A DNA stretch of 62,708 bases, filler included. It is 4 parts of 4 records of this genome, joined end to end, with 100 filler letters (N's around TTAATTAATTAA, not from the genome) between each part and the next. Parts side by side here need not be neighbours in the genome. Positions count along the whole stretch, not along the records: positions 32,873 to 49,517 come from SRR20825006_1059; positions 49,618 to 62,708 come from SRR20825006_1076; 2 more parts are not named here. The stretch is one strand, 5' to 3'. Numbering within the stretch: the stretch's first letter is position 1; every line of letters starts with the position of its first letter. Below the pieces are notes generated by a model that worked only from the letters and a program-made list of their open reading frames with translations, was not told where the DNA came from and searched no databases. This document shows positions 42,076 to 52,116 of the stretch, piece by piece. The translations under genes and the position numbers were made by a program.

Positions 42076-42132
42076 AGGCGACGTATTAATCTTTGATTGT
42101 TTGTTTAATCTTGAACCCCAGGGGGAGTACCT

Positions 42133-42714
42133 ATGAACCAACCGTATCAGGCACCCAATGCAGATGTTGCTGTTGCCGGTAACCAGGAAACATATCAACC
42201 CAAATTCCTGTCGCTGTCAGGACGCATCGGCCGTATGCGTTATTTCGTCTATGCCGCTGGCCTGACCTTATTGTTCTACCTGGTGCTGGGTGTCGCAGCT
42301 GCTGTTGTGATCCCGGGCATCATGAGTGCCGGTGACAGCGCCATTGGCGCAGGGGCAATGATCATGGGGCTGATCGCCACCGTGGCTTTCATTGGTGTGA
42401 TGGTGATGAGCTGGGGCTACATGGTGCGTCGTCTCAATGACATCAACGCCAGTGGCTGGTTGAGCCTGCTCATGTTGGTGCCGATTGCCAACCTGGTGCT
42501 GGGTCTGGTGATGTTGTTCAAGCGCGGTAGCGAAGGCAGCAACCAGTACGGCGCCGCTCCGGTCGGTAATTCTGGTGGCGTAAAAGCCGCCTTTGTGATT
42601 GTGCTGTTGTTGATGGTGGGCTACTTCGGTGTGCTGTTCCCGATCACCATGGCCAACTATGCACAGTATTCACAACAGGCCCAGATGCAGCAGATGGATT
42701 ATTCCGAATACTGA
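42133..42714 (+). CDS. DUF805 membrane protein
   Basis: GRIGR, VRRLNDINASGW, NQYG motifs. Confidence 0.88.
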   Translation: MNQPYQAPNADVAVAGNQETYQPKFLSLSGRIGRMRYFVYAAGLTLLFYLVLGVAAAVVIPGIMSAGDSAIGAGAMIMGLIATVAFIGVMVMSWGYMVRRLNDINASGWLSLLMLVPIANLVLGLVMLFKRGSEGSNQYGAAPVGNSGGVKAAFVIVLLLMVGYFGVLFPITMANYAQYSQQAQMQQMDYSEY

Positions 42715-42762
42715 TTGCGTGTTGCATGCTGCGTAAACCGTGTCGCAGCCGCAGAGCGGCAC

Positions 42763-42792
42763 AAAAAAGGGGCTCCTGAGAGCCCCTTTTTT
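42763..42792. terminator. Bidirectional intrinsic terminator
   Basis: A6-GGGGCTC-ctga-GAGCCCC-T6 between convergent genes. Confidence 0.9.
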
Positions 42793-42809
42793 ATTTCCCG
42801 ACCTGAGCC

Positions 42810-43790
42810 TTACGGCAGCAGGTGAGAAACGGCGTCACGTTCTTCCGCCAGTTCCTGCTCGGTGGCTTGCATCTTGCCACGGGAGAAGTCGTTGACTTCC
42901 AGGCCCTGAACGATAGTCCAGTCGCCGTCTTTGCAGGTGCAGGGGAAGGAGTAGATCAGGCCTTCCTGAATGCCGTAGGAGCCATCGCTGTAGATGCCCA
43001 TGGAAACCCAGTCACCTTCGTCGGTGCCCAGTGCCCAGGAACGCATGTGGTCCACAGCAGCGTTGGCAGCAGAGGCGGCAGAGGACGCGCCACGGGCCTT
43101 GATGATGGCCGCACCACGCTGTTGAACAGTCGGGATGTAATCGCTTTCGTACCAGTCTTGCTCGACCTGGTCGATAGCCACTTTGCCGTCCACTTCACAG
43201 TGGTGCAGATCCGGGTACTGGGTGGAAGAGTGGTTGCCCCAGATGAGCATTTTCTTCACGTCATTGACAGTTTTGCCCAGCTTGTTGGCCAGCTGCGCCA
43301 TGGCACGGTTGTGGTCCAGGCGGGTCATGGCAGTAAACTGACGGGGATCGATGTCCGGCGCGTTGCGCTGGGCAATCAGGGCGTTGGTGTTGGCCGGGTT
43401 ACCGACAACGAGAACTTTGATGCCTTTGCTGGCATTGTCGTTGATGGCTTTACCCTGGGCGGAGAAGATGGCTGCGTTAGCTTCCAGCAGGTCTTTACGC
43501 TCCATGCCCGGACCACGCGGACGAGCACCAACCAGCAGCGCGTAATCGGCGTCTTTGAAGGCCACGTTGGCATCGTCGGTACCGGTGATGCCGGCAACCA
43601 GCGGGAATGCGCAATCTTCCAGCTCCATGATGACCCCGTTCAGGGCTTCCAGAGCAGGGGTGATTTCGAGCAGCTGCAGAATAACGGGCTGGTCTTTGCC
43701 GAGCATATCGCCGGAAGCGATGCGGAACAGCAGGGAATAGCTGATTTGGCCAGCGGCGCCGGTGACGGCTACGCGTACGGGTGCTTTCAT
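42810..43790 (-). CDS. mdh: Malate dehydrogenase (type 2)
   Basis: [43 protein letters not shown]. Confidence 0.97.
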   Translation of the reverse strand: MKAPVRVAVTGAAGQISYSLLFRIASGDMLGKDQPVILQLLEITPALEALNGVIMELEDCAFPLVAGITGTDDANVAFKDADYALLVGARPRGPGMERKDLLEANAAIFSAQGKAINDNASKGIKVLVVGNPANTNALIAQRNAPDIDPRQFTAMTRLDHNRAMAQLANKLGKTVNDVKKMLIWGNHSSTQYPDLHHCEVDGKVAIDQVEQDWYESDYIPTVQQRGAAIIKARGASSAASAANAAVDHMRSWALGTDEGDWVSMGIYSDGSYGIQEGLIYSFPCTCKDGDWTIVQGLEVNDFSRGKMQATEQELAEERDAVSHLLP

Positions 43791-43879
43791 GAACAATCTC
43801 CTAGCTTTAATTCGGGAGAACTTATGTGGCTGAAACCGAGGGGACCGCTGAACAAGGTCCGTGGGTCAGGGTCCCGGAC

Positions 43880-43892
43880 GGCGCGCATTATA
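43880..43892 (-). promoter_or_regulatory. Sigma70 -10 element of mdh with GC-rich discriminator
   Basis: TATAAT followed by GCGCGCC on the minus strand, about 100 nt upstream of mdh. Confidence 0.55.
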
Positions 43893-43933
43893 AAGGACCC
43901 GGCGGCTAATCGCACGGAATCGGGGGGAGATAT

Positions 43934-45022
43934 ATGACGAACTGGGATGTGTTGATTGTCGGCGCCGGTCAGGCGGGCTGTGCAGCGGCCTGGGATCTGG
44001 CAGCGGCTGGATTGCGAGTGGCCGTGATTTCCCGCCCCTTGTCGCGGGGAAAACCCTGTGCAGGCGGGGTTACCGAGAAAGCCGTGGCGCGCTACCGATT
44101 CAGTATTGCGCCGGTGGTGCGCGAAGCGGTTACCTCTCTGGCGGTGAGTCATCCGTCCTCTCCGGTACGCCACCTTAGTACCGCCACCCCGTTCTGTGTA
44201 ATGACGGAGCGGGCGGAGCTGGATGCGTTTTGCTGTGGGCAGGCAGAACAACAGGGTGCTGTATTTCATGAGACGGGTGGCCTGAGAGGTATAGAGCAGC
44301 GGGCAGACTACGTGCGCATTGAGACCCGGGAGGGGACCGTCTTCTCCGCCCCCTGGCTGATCGCAGCGGACGGAGCCAATAGTGCCGTGGCGCGGCTGCT
44401 GGGTGAGCGCCACCCGGCCGGTGCCATGGCCATCGAAGGCTGTGTGCCACGGGAAAAAGTACGGGACTACCCGCCCATGACGCTGGATTTTGGTGTAATC
44501 CGCGGAGGCTACGGCTGGCTGTTTCCCAAGGGCGATCATGTGAATGTGGGGCTTTATGTCTGGCGGCACGGGGTGGCGGCCCCGGAACGCTCGGCCCTGC
44601 AGCGCTACTGCCGGGCACGCCTTGGGGCAGAGGCGGAGCAGGTGGCGGGCTACCCGCTGGGCACCTGGCTACCACACACCCGGCTGGCCAATGGGCGCGT
44701 GTTGTTTGTGGGCGATGCGGCGGGTTGCACGGAAGTGTTGCTGGGGGAAGGAATTTACGGGGCCGTGCTTAGTGGTCAGCTCGCTGCACAAGCGATACTG
44801 GGCGAAAGGCCGGATGTTTTATATCCCCGTGCATTGGCAGGCTGGCGGGAGGAGCTGCAACAGGTTTCCCGGCTTGGGGCGCTTTTTTACGGGGTGCTAC
44901 CGGTCTCTTCACGGCTGTTACAGGGCCGGTTGGGCAGCACTCTGGTCAACGGCTTTTCACAGGGGCTGACGCTGGGGCAGTGCAAGCGGCAGTGGCGGGG
45001 GGCTCAATCGTTGAAGCTGTGA
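43934..45022 (+). CDS. Geranylgeranyl reductase-family FAD oxidoreductase
   Basis: GAGQAG, KPCAGG, AADGANS, GYGWLFPKG, VGDAAG...GEGI. Confidence 0.88.
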   Translation: MTNWDVLIVGAGQAGCAAAWDLAAAGLRVAVISRPLSRGKPCAGGVTEKAVARYRFSIAPVVREAVTSLAVSHPSSPVRHLSTATPFCVMTERAELDAFCCGQAEQQGAVFHETGGLRGIEQRADYVRIETREGTVFSAPWLIAADGANSAVARLLGERHPAGAMAIEGCVPREKVRDYPPMTLDFGVIRGGYGWLFPKGDHVNVGLYVWRHGVAAPERSALQRYCRARLGAEAEQVAGYPLGTWLPHTRLANGRVLFVGDAAGCTEVLLGEGIYGAVLSGQLAAQAILGERPDVLYPRALAGWREELQQVSRLGALFYGVLPVSSRLLQGRLGSTLVNGFSQGLTLGQCKRQWRGAQSLKL

Positions 45023-46068
45023 TTGCCCTGGCTGTCACGGTACTGCACCGGGGTAATATCAAACCAGCGTTTAAAGGCGCGATTGAACGCGCTTTGTTCG
45101 GAATACCCCAAATCGAGGGCGATCTGGTTAACGGAGCGTTCACTGTGCAGCAGCCAGTCGCAGGCCAGCCGGCGGCGCTCGTCTTCCAGCAGGCTGGAAA
45201 AGTCGGTGTTTTCGGCGCGTAGCTGGCGACGCAGAGTCCAGGGTTTGACGCCCAGCTGATCGGCAATGGGCTCCAGCTGCGGGATGCCCTGCTGCAGGCG
45301 TTTCTGGATTTCCAGGCGCACTTGTTCCAGCAGGTTGTCGCGGGCGTGGTACTGGGTAACCGCCCGCTGCATGCGTGAGCGGGCGACCTTGTGCACTTCC
45401 GGGTCGGCATCGCGCAGGGGCAGATCCAGCAGGTGGCCGGGTAACACAATGGCATTTTCCGGCTGGCCGAAGGTAACGTCGCAACGGAAAATGCGCTGGT
45501 ACTCGGCTTCGTCGCCCTGTGGCGGGTGTTTGAAGAGAATGCGTGCCGGGTTCAGTTCCTGGCCAATTAACCAACGGCCGTAAACGATGGCCGCGGCGAA
45601 ATTGGCGTCGACCCGGGCCGGGTAGGTGGGCAGGTCTTCCAGATCACTTGCCCAGATGAGCCACAGCGTTTTATCGCCATCCTGCTCGCGCCACTCGAAA
45701 CGCAATTGGGCGTATTCGGTGGTGACTTTCATAAAGGGAATCATCAACTCGATGGCATCCCCCAGCGTGGCGCTGGACATGCTGGCGTAACCCAGCTCGC
45801 CCATGAAGCGCGGACGGATGCCTTCCCCCATGTGCAGTCCAAATAGCGGATCCGCACTGCCGGCAATGGCCTGTTTCAGCAACTGGTTCTCGATGGCCAT
45901 GGAAATCCGTGACTGGGGATCTTCCAGGTCGTCGTTGCTGATACCGGACTCCACCAGCGCATAACTCAGGTCCACGCCGGCGCGAAGCGCGGCATCCAGC
46001 AGGTATTCCAGCCAGAAAGGCGCGACGGTTTTATGCTTTAGAGAGGCTGACAGATTAGCGGACGGCAT
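45004..46068 (-). CDS. AraC-family regulator (OruR-like)
   Basis: C-terminal HTH IALDLGYSEQSAFNRAFKRW; likely start MPSANL. Confidence 0.92.
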   Translation of the reverse strand: MPSANLSASLKHKTVAPFWLEYLLDAALRAGVDLSYALVESGISNDDLEDPQSRISMAIENQLLKQAIAGSADPLFGLHMGEGIRPRFMGELGYASMSSATLGDAIELMIPFMKVTTEYAQLRFEWREQDGDKTLWLIWASDLEDLPTYPARVDANFAAAIVYGRWLIGQELNPARILFKHPPQGDEAEYQRIFRCDVTFGQPENAIVLPGHLLDLPLRDADPEVHKVARSRMQRAVTQYHARDNLLEQVRLEIQKRLQQGIPQLEPIADQLGVKPWTLRRQLRAENTDFSSLLEDERRRLACDWLLHSERSVNQIALDLGYSEQSAFNRAFKRWFDITPVQYRDSQGNHSFND

Positions 46069-46250
46069 GAGCTCGCAGTTTTTGTTATCCAGTACAGAAT
46101 CCCTTAGATAACGAGACGCAGCACGGCAAGTCAACACTTGGTGTGGGGTTAAGCGCGTATTGCTGGTTTATTGACCGCGTTGGCGAGTTTATGGCCCGAA
46201 TGGGCTGAAGGTTTGAGTGGAAACAGGAAAAGAGGGCGGGGTCAGTATTG

Positions 46251-46278
46251 TGCCGGGAGCGGCATAGCCGCTCCGGCA
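46251..46278. terminator. GC-rich hairpin after the phasin-like gene
   Basis: GGAGCGGC-ATA-GCCGCTCC stem with TGCCG/CGGCA extension; no U-tract. Confidence 0.45.
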
Positions 46279-46287
46279 GATTGGGGC

Positions 46288-46644
46288 TTACTTGGACTCT
46301 TTGGCCAGTTTATTGACCTTGCGGGTCAGCGAAGCCAACTTCTTGTTCAGTGCTTCGACTTCGTCGCGGGTCGGCAAGCCCAGTGCGGCGGCAACTTTGC
46401 TGCGCACTTCGTCCAGCTGGGAAGGCTGGGCTTTAGTGGTTTTTTTCTGGGGTTTGCTCTGGGCTTTCTGGCGTTTTTCGCCAGCTTTGACCAGGTTCTG
46501 GAACAGTTCGTTACCGTTGTCTTCCAGGCGGGTGTAGGCACCTCGAACGGCGTTGTTCACTTTTTCCAGAGTGGCTTTGGCTTCGGTGGCCACTTGCTCG
46601 TAACGTTCGTTAAAGCGTTGCTCGATGGTTGCGGTCTTGCTCAT
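46288..46644 (-). CDS. Phasin-family (PhaF/PhaI-like) granule protein
   Basis: GAY...ELFQNLVKAGE, LGLPTRDEVEALNKKL; AGGAGG RBS. Confidence 0.75.
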   Translation of the reverse strand: MSKTATIEQRFNERYEQVATEAKATLEKVNNAVRGAYTRLEDNGNELFQNLVKAGEKRQKAQSKPQKKTTKAQPSQLDEVRSKVAAALGLPTRDEVEALNKKLASLTRKVNKLAKESK

Positions 46645-46912
46645 GGGGGCTTCCCTCCTTAGAAAATGCAATGGATGTACAAAGCCCTCGATGTGCCTCG
46701 ATGAGGGCGTGAACAAGTGTAAGTCACTAATAAGACAAGATTGTTAATGTTGTCTAACAATTAAACAGGCGAATTGGCCTACTCGTTAGTATGTATTTTG
46801 TTAGGCTGGACGGCTTGTGTTGGTGCTTGGCGGTGCATGGACTGTAGCGTTCATCGTCCATGATGCATGTTAATTTTCAGGCCAGTGGTGCTGGCAAACA
46901 GGAGGCGGGTAA

Positions 46913-48433
46913 ATGACAGCAGTAACTCGGCAGGGGTGTTATCAGGGGCTCGGCAACAAAGGTGTAACCGAATACCGCGGTGTGCCGTTTGCGCGGGCTC
47001 CGCTGGGCGAGTTGCGGTTCAAGGCTCCGCAGCCTCTGCCAGACGGTGACGCAACGCAATTGGCCGATCGTTACCCGATGCCCTCGCTGCAAATGAAAAA
47101 CCCTGTGATGGGCATCCAGGAATCCAGTGAAGATTGCCTCTACTTGAATATCTGGGTGCCGGATGGGGAGGGGCCTTTCCCGGTGATGGTGTGGTTCCAC
47201 GGTGGCGGCTACCTGGCGGGATCAGTGTCGCAGGTTCTCTACAACGGAGCGGAACTGGCACGCAGCCAGAATGTGGTGGTGGTGAACGCCGCCTACCGAT
47301 TGGGCGCCATGGGCTTTGCGGATTTCTCCGCTGTGGCACCGGAGCTGGATGCAGACACCAACCTGGGCATGCGCGACCAACTGGCAGCGCTGCAATGGGT
47401 GCAGGAAAACATCGGTGCCTTTGCCGGTGATTGCGGCCAGGTGACCCTTTTCGGTGAGTCTGCCGGGGGCTTCAGTGTGGGGGCTCTGCTGGCCTGCCCC
47501 CAGGCGAAAGACCTGTTTCATGGTGCGATTACCCAGTCCGGCGCGGCCGATGTTGTGCTCGCCCCGGATCAGGTGCGCAAGGTAACTGACGCTTTTGTGG
47601 ATGCATTGCCGGGGGCCGGCAGTGCATCCGAGAAATTGGCCAGTGCCGATAACAAGAGCTGGATCAAGGCCCAGAACGCCGCCGTCAAGGTATTGGTTGA
47701 TCGAGGGCTGCGCACCACCACGCCACAGTTCGCCATGAATTTTCTGCCCATGGTCGATGGTGACTTGCTGCCGGCACTGCCGATTGAGGCCATCGCCGCA
47801 GGTGCAGCTGCGGACAAACGCCTGTTGGCCGGCGTTTGCCGTGATGAGTGGCATTTCTTTCAGTACGCGGGGGTGCTTGCGGGCACCACCACTATGGATG
47901 CACTGAAACAGATCGACGACGATGAAATTCTGCGGCGCTTTGAGCGGGCGTTGCCTGGCAATGGCGCTCGGGCGCTGGATTATTACCAAAGCGTAGTGAC
48001 GCCGGACAGTCGCCGTAGCCGTCTGGATTTTCTGTCTGCCATGGAGTCGGACCGCTTGTTCCGGGTACCTACGGTGCGATTGCTCGATGCCCAAAGTCAG
48101 CATAACGCGCAATGCTGGGGTTTCCAGTTCACCTGGCAGAGCGAGCCGTTCGGTATCCCGCTGGGGGCCTGCCATGTGGTGGATGTGCCCTTCGTGTTTG
48201 GCGTTACCGATACGCCGGCGGGCATGTATTTCACCGGAGGCACCGACGAAGCGCGGGCGCTGTCTCAGCAGGTGCAGGCTGTCTGGGGCGCGTTTGCCCG
48301 TGGAGAGGCGCCGGGTTGGGATGGTTGGCAGAGCGCTCGCCAGGTTCGCCAGCTGGGGCCGGGGGAGTCCATGGCCTCCTTGCTTGATGGCGCCGGGGAG
48401 CAGCTCTGGCAGGACATTATCCCCTCCGTCTAA
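46913..48433 (+). CDS. Type-B carboxylesterase
   Basis: SEDCLYLNIW, WFHGGGY, FGESAG, GACH. Confidence 0.93.
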   Translation: MTAVTRQGCYQGLGNKGVTEYRGVPFARAPLGELRFKAPQPLPDGDATQLADRYPMPSLQMKNPVMGIQESSEDCLYLNIWVPDGEGPFPVMVWFHGGGYLAGSVSQVLYNGAELARSQNVVVVNAAYRLGAMGFADFSAVAPELDADTNLGMRDQLAALQWVQENIGAFAGDCGQVTLFGESAGGFSVGALLACPQAKDLFHGAITQSGAADVVLAPDQVRKVTDAFVDALPGAGSASEKLASADNKSWIKAQNAAVKVLVDRGLRTTTPQFAMNFLPMVDGDLLPALPIEAIAAGAAADKRLLAGVCRDEWHFFQYAGVLAGTTTMDALKQIDDDEILRRFERALPGNGARALDYYQSVVTPDSRRSRLDFLSAMESDRLFRVPTVRLLDAQSQHNAQCWGFQFTWQSEPFGIPLGACHVVDVPFVFGVTDTPAGMYFTGGTDEARALSQQVQAVWGAFARGEAPGWDGWQSARQVRQLGPGESMASLLDGAGEQLWQDIIPSV

Positions 48434-48588
48434 TGGCTGGCCGGCGCCTGTATTTTCTCTGCACCGGCAAACCCCGTAGAATACGCGCCCCGCGAGGGGC
48501 GTTTCCGCCCTGGTGAGGCTGGTATAATCAGCCCATTGGCCGTGTTTTTTTGAACGGCTCCGGCCCGATTTTATCTGTGAGGTGGACC

Positions 48589-48948
48589 ATGAGTGTAGCG
48601 ACATTGATCGAGCGCAAGGTTTTCGAGGCGGTGCCTGTGGCACATTTCGCGCTGGAAAATGAAAGCCACAAGCACAGTGTGCCGCCGAACTCGGAAACAC
48701 ATTTCAAATTGGTGCTGGTGAGTGATGCCTTTGACGGCATGATGCCGGTACGCCGCCACCAGATGCTGTACAAAATTTTGGCTGACGAGCTGGATGGCCC
48801 GGTGCATGCACTGGCCTTGCATACCCATACCCCGGCGGAATGGCAGGCCAAGGGCGGCGAGATACTGGCGTCACCGGATTGCCTGGGTGGCAGTAAGCAT
48901 GATCCGCAATTCAGCAAAGGAAAGACAACCGTGGGAGAAAAGCAGTGA
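48589..48948 (+). CDS. bolA: BolA family protein
   Basis: [36 protein letters not shown]. Confidence 0.92.
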   Translation: MSVATLIERKVFEAVPVAHFALENESHKHSVPPNSETHFKLVLVSDAFDGMMPVRRHQMLYKILADELDGPVHALALHTHTPAEWQAKGGEILASPDCLGGSKHDPQFSKGKTTVGEKQ

Positions 48949-49517
48949 GTACCCAGCATCGGGTGGAAACCCCGGACAGCATTGTCGTTGCAGCGTTGTA
49001 CAAGTTCGTTCGGCTACACGGTTTCGAGCAACTGCAGCAACCCTTGCTGGACCTGATGCATGCCAACGATGTGCGTGGCACTTTATTGCTCGCGGATGAG
49101 GGCATCAACGGCACCATTTCGGGTCCCCGTGGTGGCGTCGATACCGTGCTTAATTGGCTCAAGGGCGACGAGCGGCTGGCGGCACTGGAGCACAAGGAGT
49201 CCTTCCACGACGAACACCCGTTCCTGCGCACGAAGGTGAAGCTGAAGAAAGAGATTGTCACCATGGGTGTGGAAGGTATCGACCCGAACCGTACCGTCGG
49301 CACTTACTTGTCACCGCAGGAGTGGAATGAGGTGATTGCTGACCCTGACACCGTGTTGATCGATACCCGCAATGATTATGAAGTGGAAGTGGGCACCTTC
49401 AAGGGCGCCATTAACCCGGAAACCCGTACCTTCCGCGAATTCCCGGACTACGTGAAAGAAACCCTGGACCCGGCCAAACACAAGAAAGTGGCCATGTTCT
49501 GCACCGGTGGCATCCGC
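48945..49517 (+). CDS. trhO: Rhodanese-related tRNA uridine hydroxylase TrhO/YceA (3' truncated)
   Basis: [27 protein letters not shown]. Confidence 0.9.
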
Positions 49518-49617
49518 NNNNNNNNNNNNNNNNNNNNNNNNNNNNNNNNNNNNNNNNNNNNTTAATTAATTAANNNNNNNNNNNNNNNNNNNNNNNNNNN
49601 NNNNNNNNNNNNNNNNN
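49518..49617. other. Artificial contig spacer
   Basis: 44 N + TTAATTAATTAA + 44 N. Confidence 0.99.
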
Positions 49618-49879
49618 GTCAGGTGATGTGGAGAATATCTTCAACTCTCTCAAACCTCGAGCCCGTCAAAAGCTGTTCGACTTCCTGACCGACGACCCTT
49701 TTCCATCCCAGCGCTCTCGAGTATCGAGGCGCTGGGATCAGCGCGCAGAGACGACAGCAATACAAAGAACCTAAATAAGTACTCACACCACCGCATTTGC
49801 TTGTAGTTGGATAGCGCACTCAGCTAGTTAAAATAGAACAGATCGGATAACCGGACCGACCATCAGAGTAGGTGTAAAA

Positions 49880-50425
49880 TTGAAAAATCTAATTATAAGA
49901 ACATGTGCTCTTTTGCTTGTTCTGCTGTTCTCCCTTCAAACAATGGCAGAAGACAATGAAATAAAGCTCCTTGATTCATCAGAAGTTAATGCTTTCATAG
50001 ACGAGGGTAGTTTCAACAGTAAGCATTTGAGTCTGTCTTTATCCTTCGAGACGCAAGAAGGTGATGGCATTCGTATTTTTATCTACACAAACTACTCTGA
50101 GATGTCAGGAACTTATGAACTCCAAGGTGATTCGATCAAGGTTTTTTATAGTCATGATGGCAGAGTGATTAAGAACAAAACCGCTGTAGTTAAAATCAAA
50201 CCAATTGCGAGGAAGGGAGATGTTTTAACGTATCATATGGATCTTATAATCGAGGGTGATAGCGATCGTGAGGATGGCTATTTTCATAAGAGCTCTTCTT
50301 TGATTCGAGTCAAGGCTGTTTGTGAAAAAGCCTCTCTGGAGTCAAAGTCAAAAACTATCAATGTACCGATCGATACCAAAGCATGCGCCGAGCTCTTAAG
50401 GCTTCAAAACTTCAAAAATTTATAG
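49880..50425 (+). CDS. Low-GC hypothetical secreted protein
   Basis: 181-aa ORF with signal-peptide-like N-terminus; visibly AT-richer than downstream genes. Confidence 0.6.
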   Translation: MKNLIIRTCALLLVLLFSLQTMAEDNEIKLLDSSEVNAFIDEGSFNSKHLSLSLSFETQEGDGIRIFIYTNYSEMSGTYELQGDSIKVFYSHDGRVIKNKTAVVKIKPIARKGDVLTYHMDLIIEGDSDREDGYFHKSSSLIRVKAVCEKASLESKSKTINVPIDTKACAELLRLQNFKNL

Positions 50426-50653
50426 GCAATACTCTGGATGCTTCGAGATGAGGCTGTTCGACACCACATTGCACCGCCGTTAACCAAGATCATTTCCACC
50501 GATGCAATGTGGGTCAACGGTGTCTTTGGAGCAAAGCACCGGGTTGTTATCGAGATTCGAGGATTTTAAAAGATCCTTTTTGGAGCTCTGGCGTTTCCAA
50601 ATCCTGTTGACGGCAAAGACGGACAAACCTCTTCGAAGACAGGAGCACCGAAC

Positions 50654-52114
50654 ATGAAACGCATCGCCCTTTTGACCGCCCTCATCGCATTGATCGCCGC
50701 GCCAGCGATGGCCCAAGACCCGATCAAAGTCGCCGCGCGCACCAATGGCGAGCAGGCCACCAAAACTGATGTGGGGATTCCCGACGCGAAAAAGGGCGCC
50801 TTCGCGGGCGACAAGCTCCTCTACACGACCTACTTCTACACCGCAGGAGAGGCGATCGTTCACGGCTACGAGAAGGGGACCTCGGCGCGCATCATCTCGC
50901 TCGAGGAGAACCGCACGGTGTGGCAGGGCGAGGTCGGCGCGGGTGAGACAAAGAACATCCCGACGGGACGTGGGGTGTTTGGCTTTGTCAGCGACAAGAA
51001 GGCATCGATTCTTGTCGGTACGCCGTCGAGCTGCACCGCGGTCGGCTACTGGCTCCGGGATGAGAATGGTACCTTCCTCTCCAAGCGCTACTACACCGAG
51101 CTCCCCTCTTCGATCTCGCACGCAGACGCGCGCGTCATCGTCTGGGCCTGGAAAGACACCGCCTTCCAGGTCAAGAATCGCACCAGCGGGAAGGTCCTGG
51201 CCGAGAACAAGTTGAAGGCTGGCGAGTTCTTCGAGCTCGACAGCACCAAGCTCGGCGCGATGAACTCGAACGTGTTGGAGATCACTGCTCCAGACAAGAA
51301 CATCTCCGTGCAGGTCTACTACGATGAGGGCTTCTTCGTGCCCTCTTCAGACGGTCGCCTCGCGGGTAAGATTTTTAATACATACGTCGGCAAGATCACC
51401 GAGGGCTCCAATGATCTCAACCTGATCAATCACCAGGAGCGCCCCGTCAAAGCCAAGATCACCGACATCCAGAGCAAGAAGACGTTGTGGGAGGGAGAGG
51501 TCCCCGCCGAAGGTCTGCACAACATGAGGTTGTCTGGGAAATACGTTCGCGTCACGAGCGCCGAGGAGATCAGCGTCTCTGTCGCGCCGCTCGACTTCTC
51601 GGGTTACGCCGAGCACCACTTCGCCGCAGGCGTCGAGGGCACCGGTATCGAGACCAAGTTCATCAACACGACCTCGCAGGAGCTCTGGCTCTTCTCTTAC
51701 TTCGATAACAATCAGGTCACCGTCCACGACCTCAAGACCGAGAAGGTCATCTGGGAGGGCACCCTGGGTGCAGGACACGCGCGCGGGTTGATGCCAGGGA
51801 TGGGCACCTACATGGTCAAATCCTCGCTCGGGACGAGCGTCATGGGAGGATCGGCCACCTGTGGCGCCGAGTACTCACCCGCTGGCGGCATGTTCCGCAT
51901 CGACGAGGAGCTCTTGAAGGCCGCCAAGGTGATCCTCGAAGAGCGCCGCGCCGCAGCGGCAGCCGAAGGCCGGACCTTGACCGAGGACGAGGCCACCGCG
52001 CCTCTGAGCGCCTCGGAGAAGAAGCGCGTCCGAGATCGCATCAAGCGCAGCTCCAAAAAGACGATGAAGGACGAGGAGCTCGACCAACGCATGGAGAGCA
52101 TGAGCACATACTGA
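50654..52114 (+). CDS. Secreted hypothetical protein with four internal beta-rich repeats
   Basis: AGGAG RBS, signal peptide ending AMA, repeated W(Q/E)G-x-(V/L)-x-AG-like units. Confidence 0.85.
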   Translation: MKRIALLTALIALIAAPAMAQDPIKVAARTNGEQATKTDVGIPDAKKGAFAGDKLLYTTYFYTAGEAIVHGYEKGTSARIISLEENRTVWQGEVGAGETKNIPTGRGVFGFVSDKKASILVGTPSSCTAVGYWLRDENGTFLSKRYYTELPSSISHADARVIVWAWKDTAFQVKNRTSGKVLAENKLKAGEFFELDSTKLGAMNSNVLEITAPDKNISVQVYYDEGFFVPSSDGRLAGKIFNTYVGKITEGSNDLNLINHQERPVKAKITDIQSKKTLWEGEVPAEGLHNMRLSGKYVRVTSAEEISVSVAPLDFSGYAEHHFAAGVEGTGIETKFINTTSQELWLFSYFDNNQVTVHDLKTEKVIWEGTLGAGHARGLMPGMGTYMVKSSLGTSVMGGSATCGAEYSPAGGMFRIDEELLKAAKVILEERRAAAAAEGRTLTEDEATAPLSASEKKRVRDRIKRSSKKTMKDEELDQRMESMSTY

Positions 52115-52116
52115 GC

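Noticed and set aside
42822-43937. 371-aa plus-strand ORF
   Set aside because: Antisense shadow of mdh
47222-48700. 492-aa minus-strand ORF
   Set aside because: Antisense shadow of the carboxylesterase and bolA
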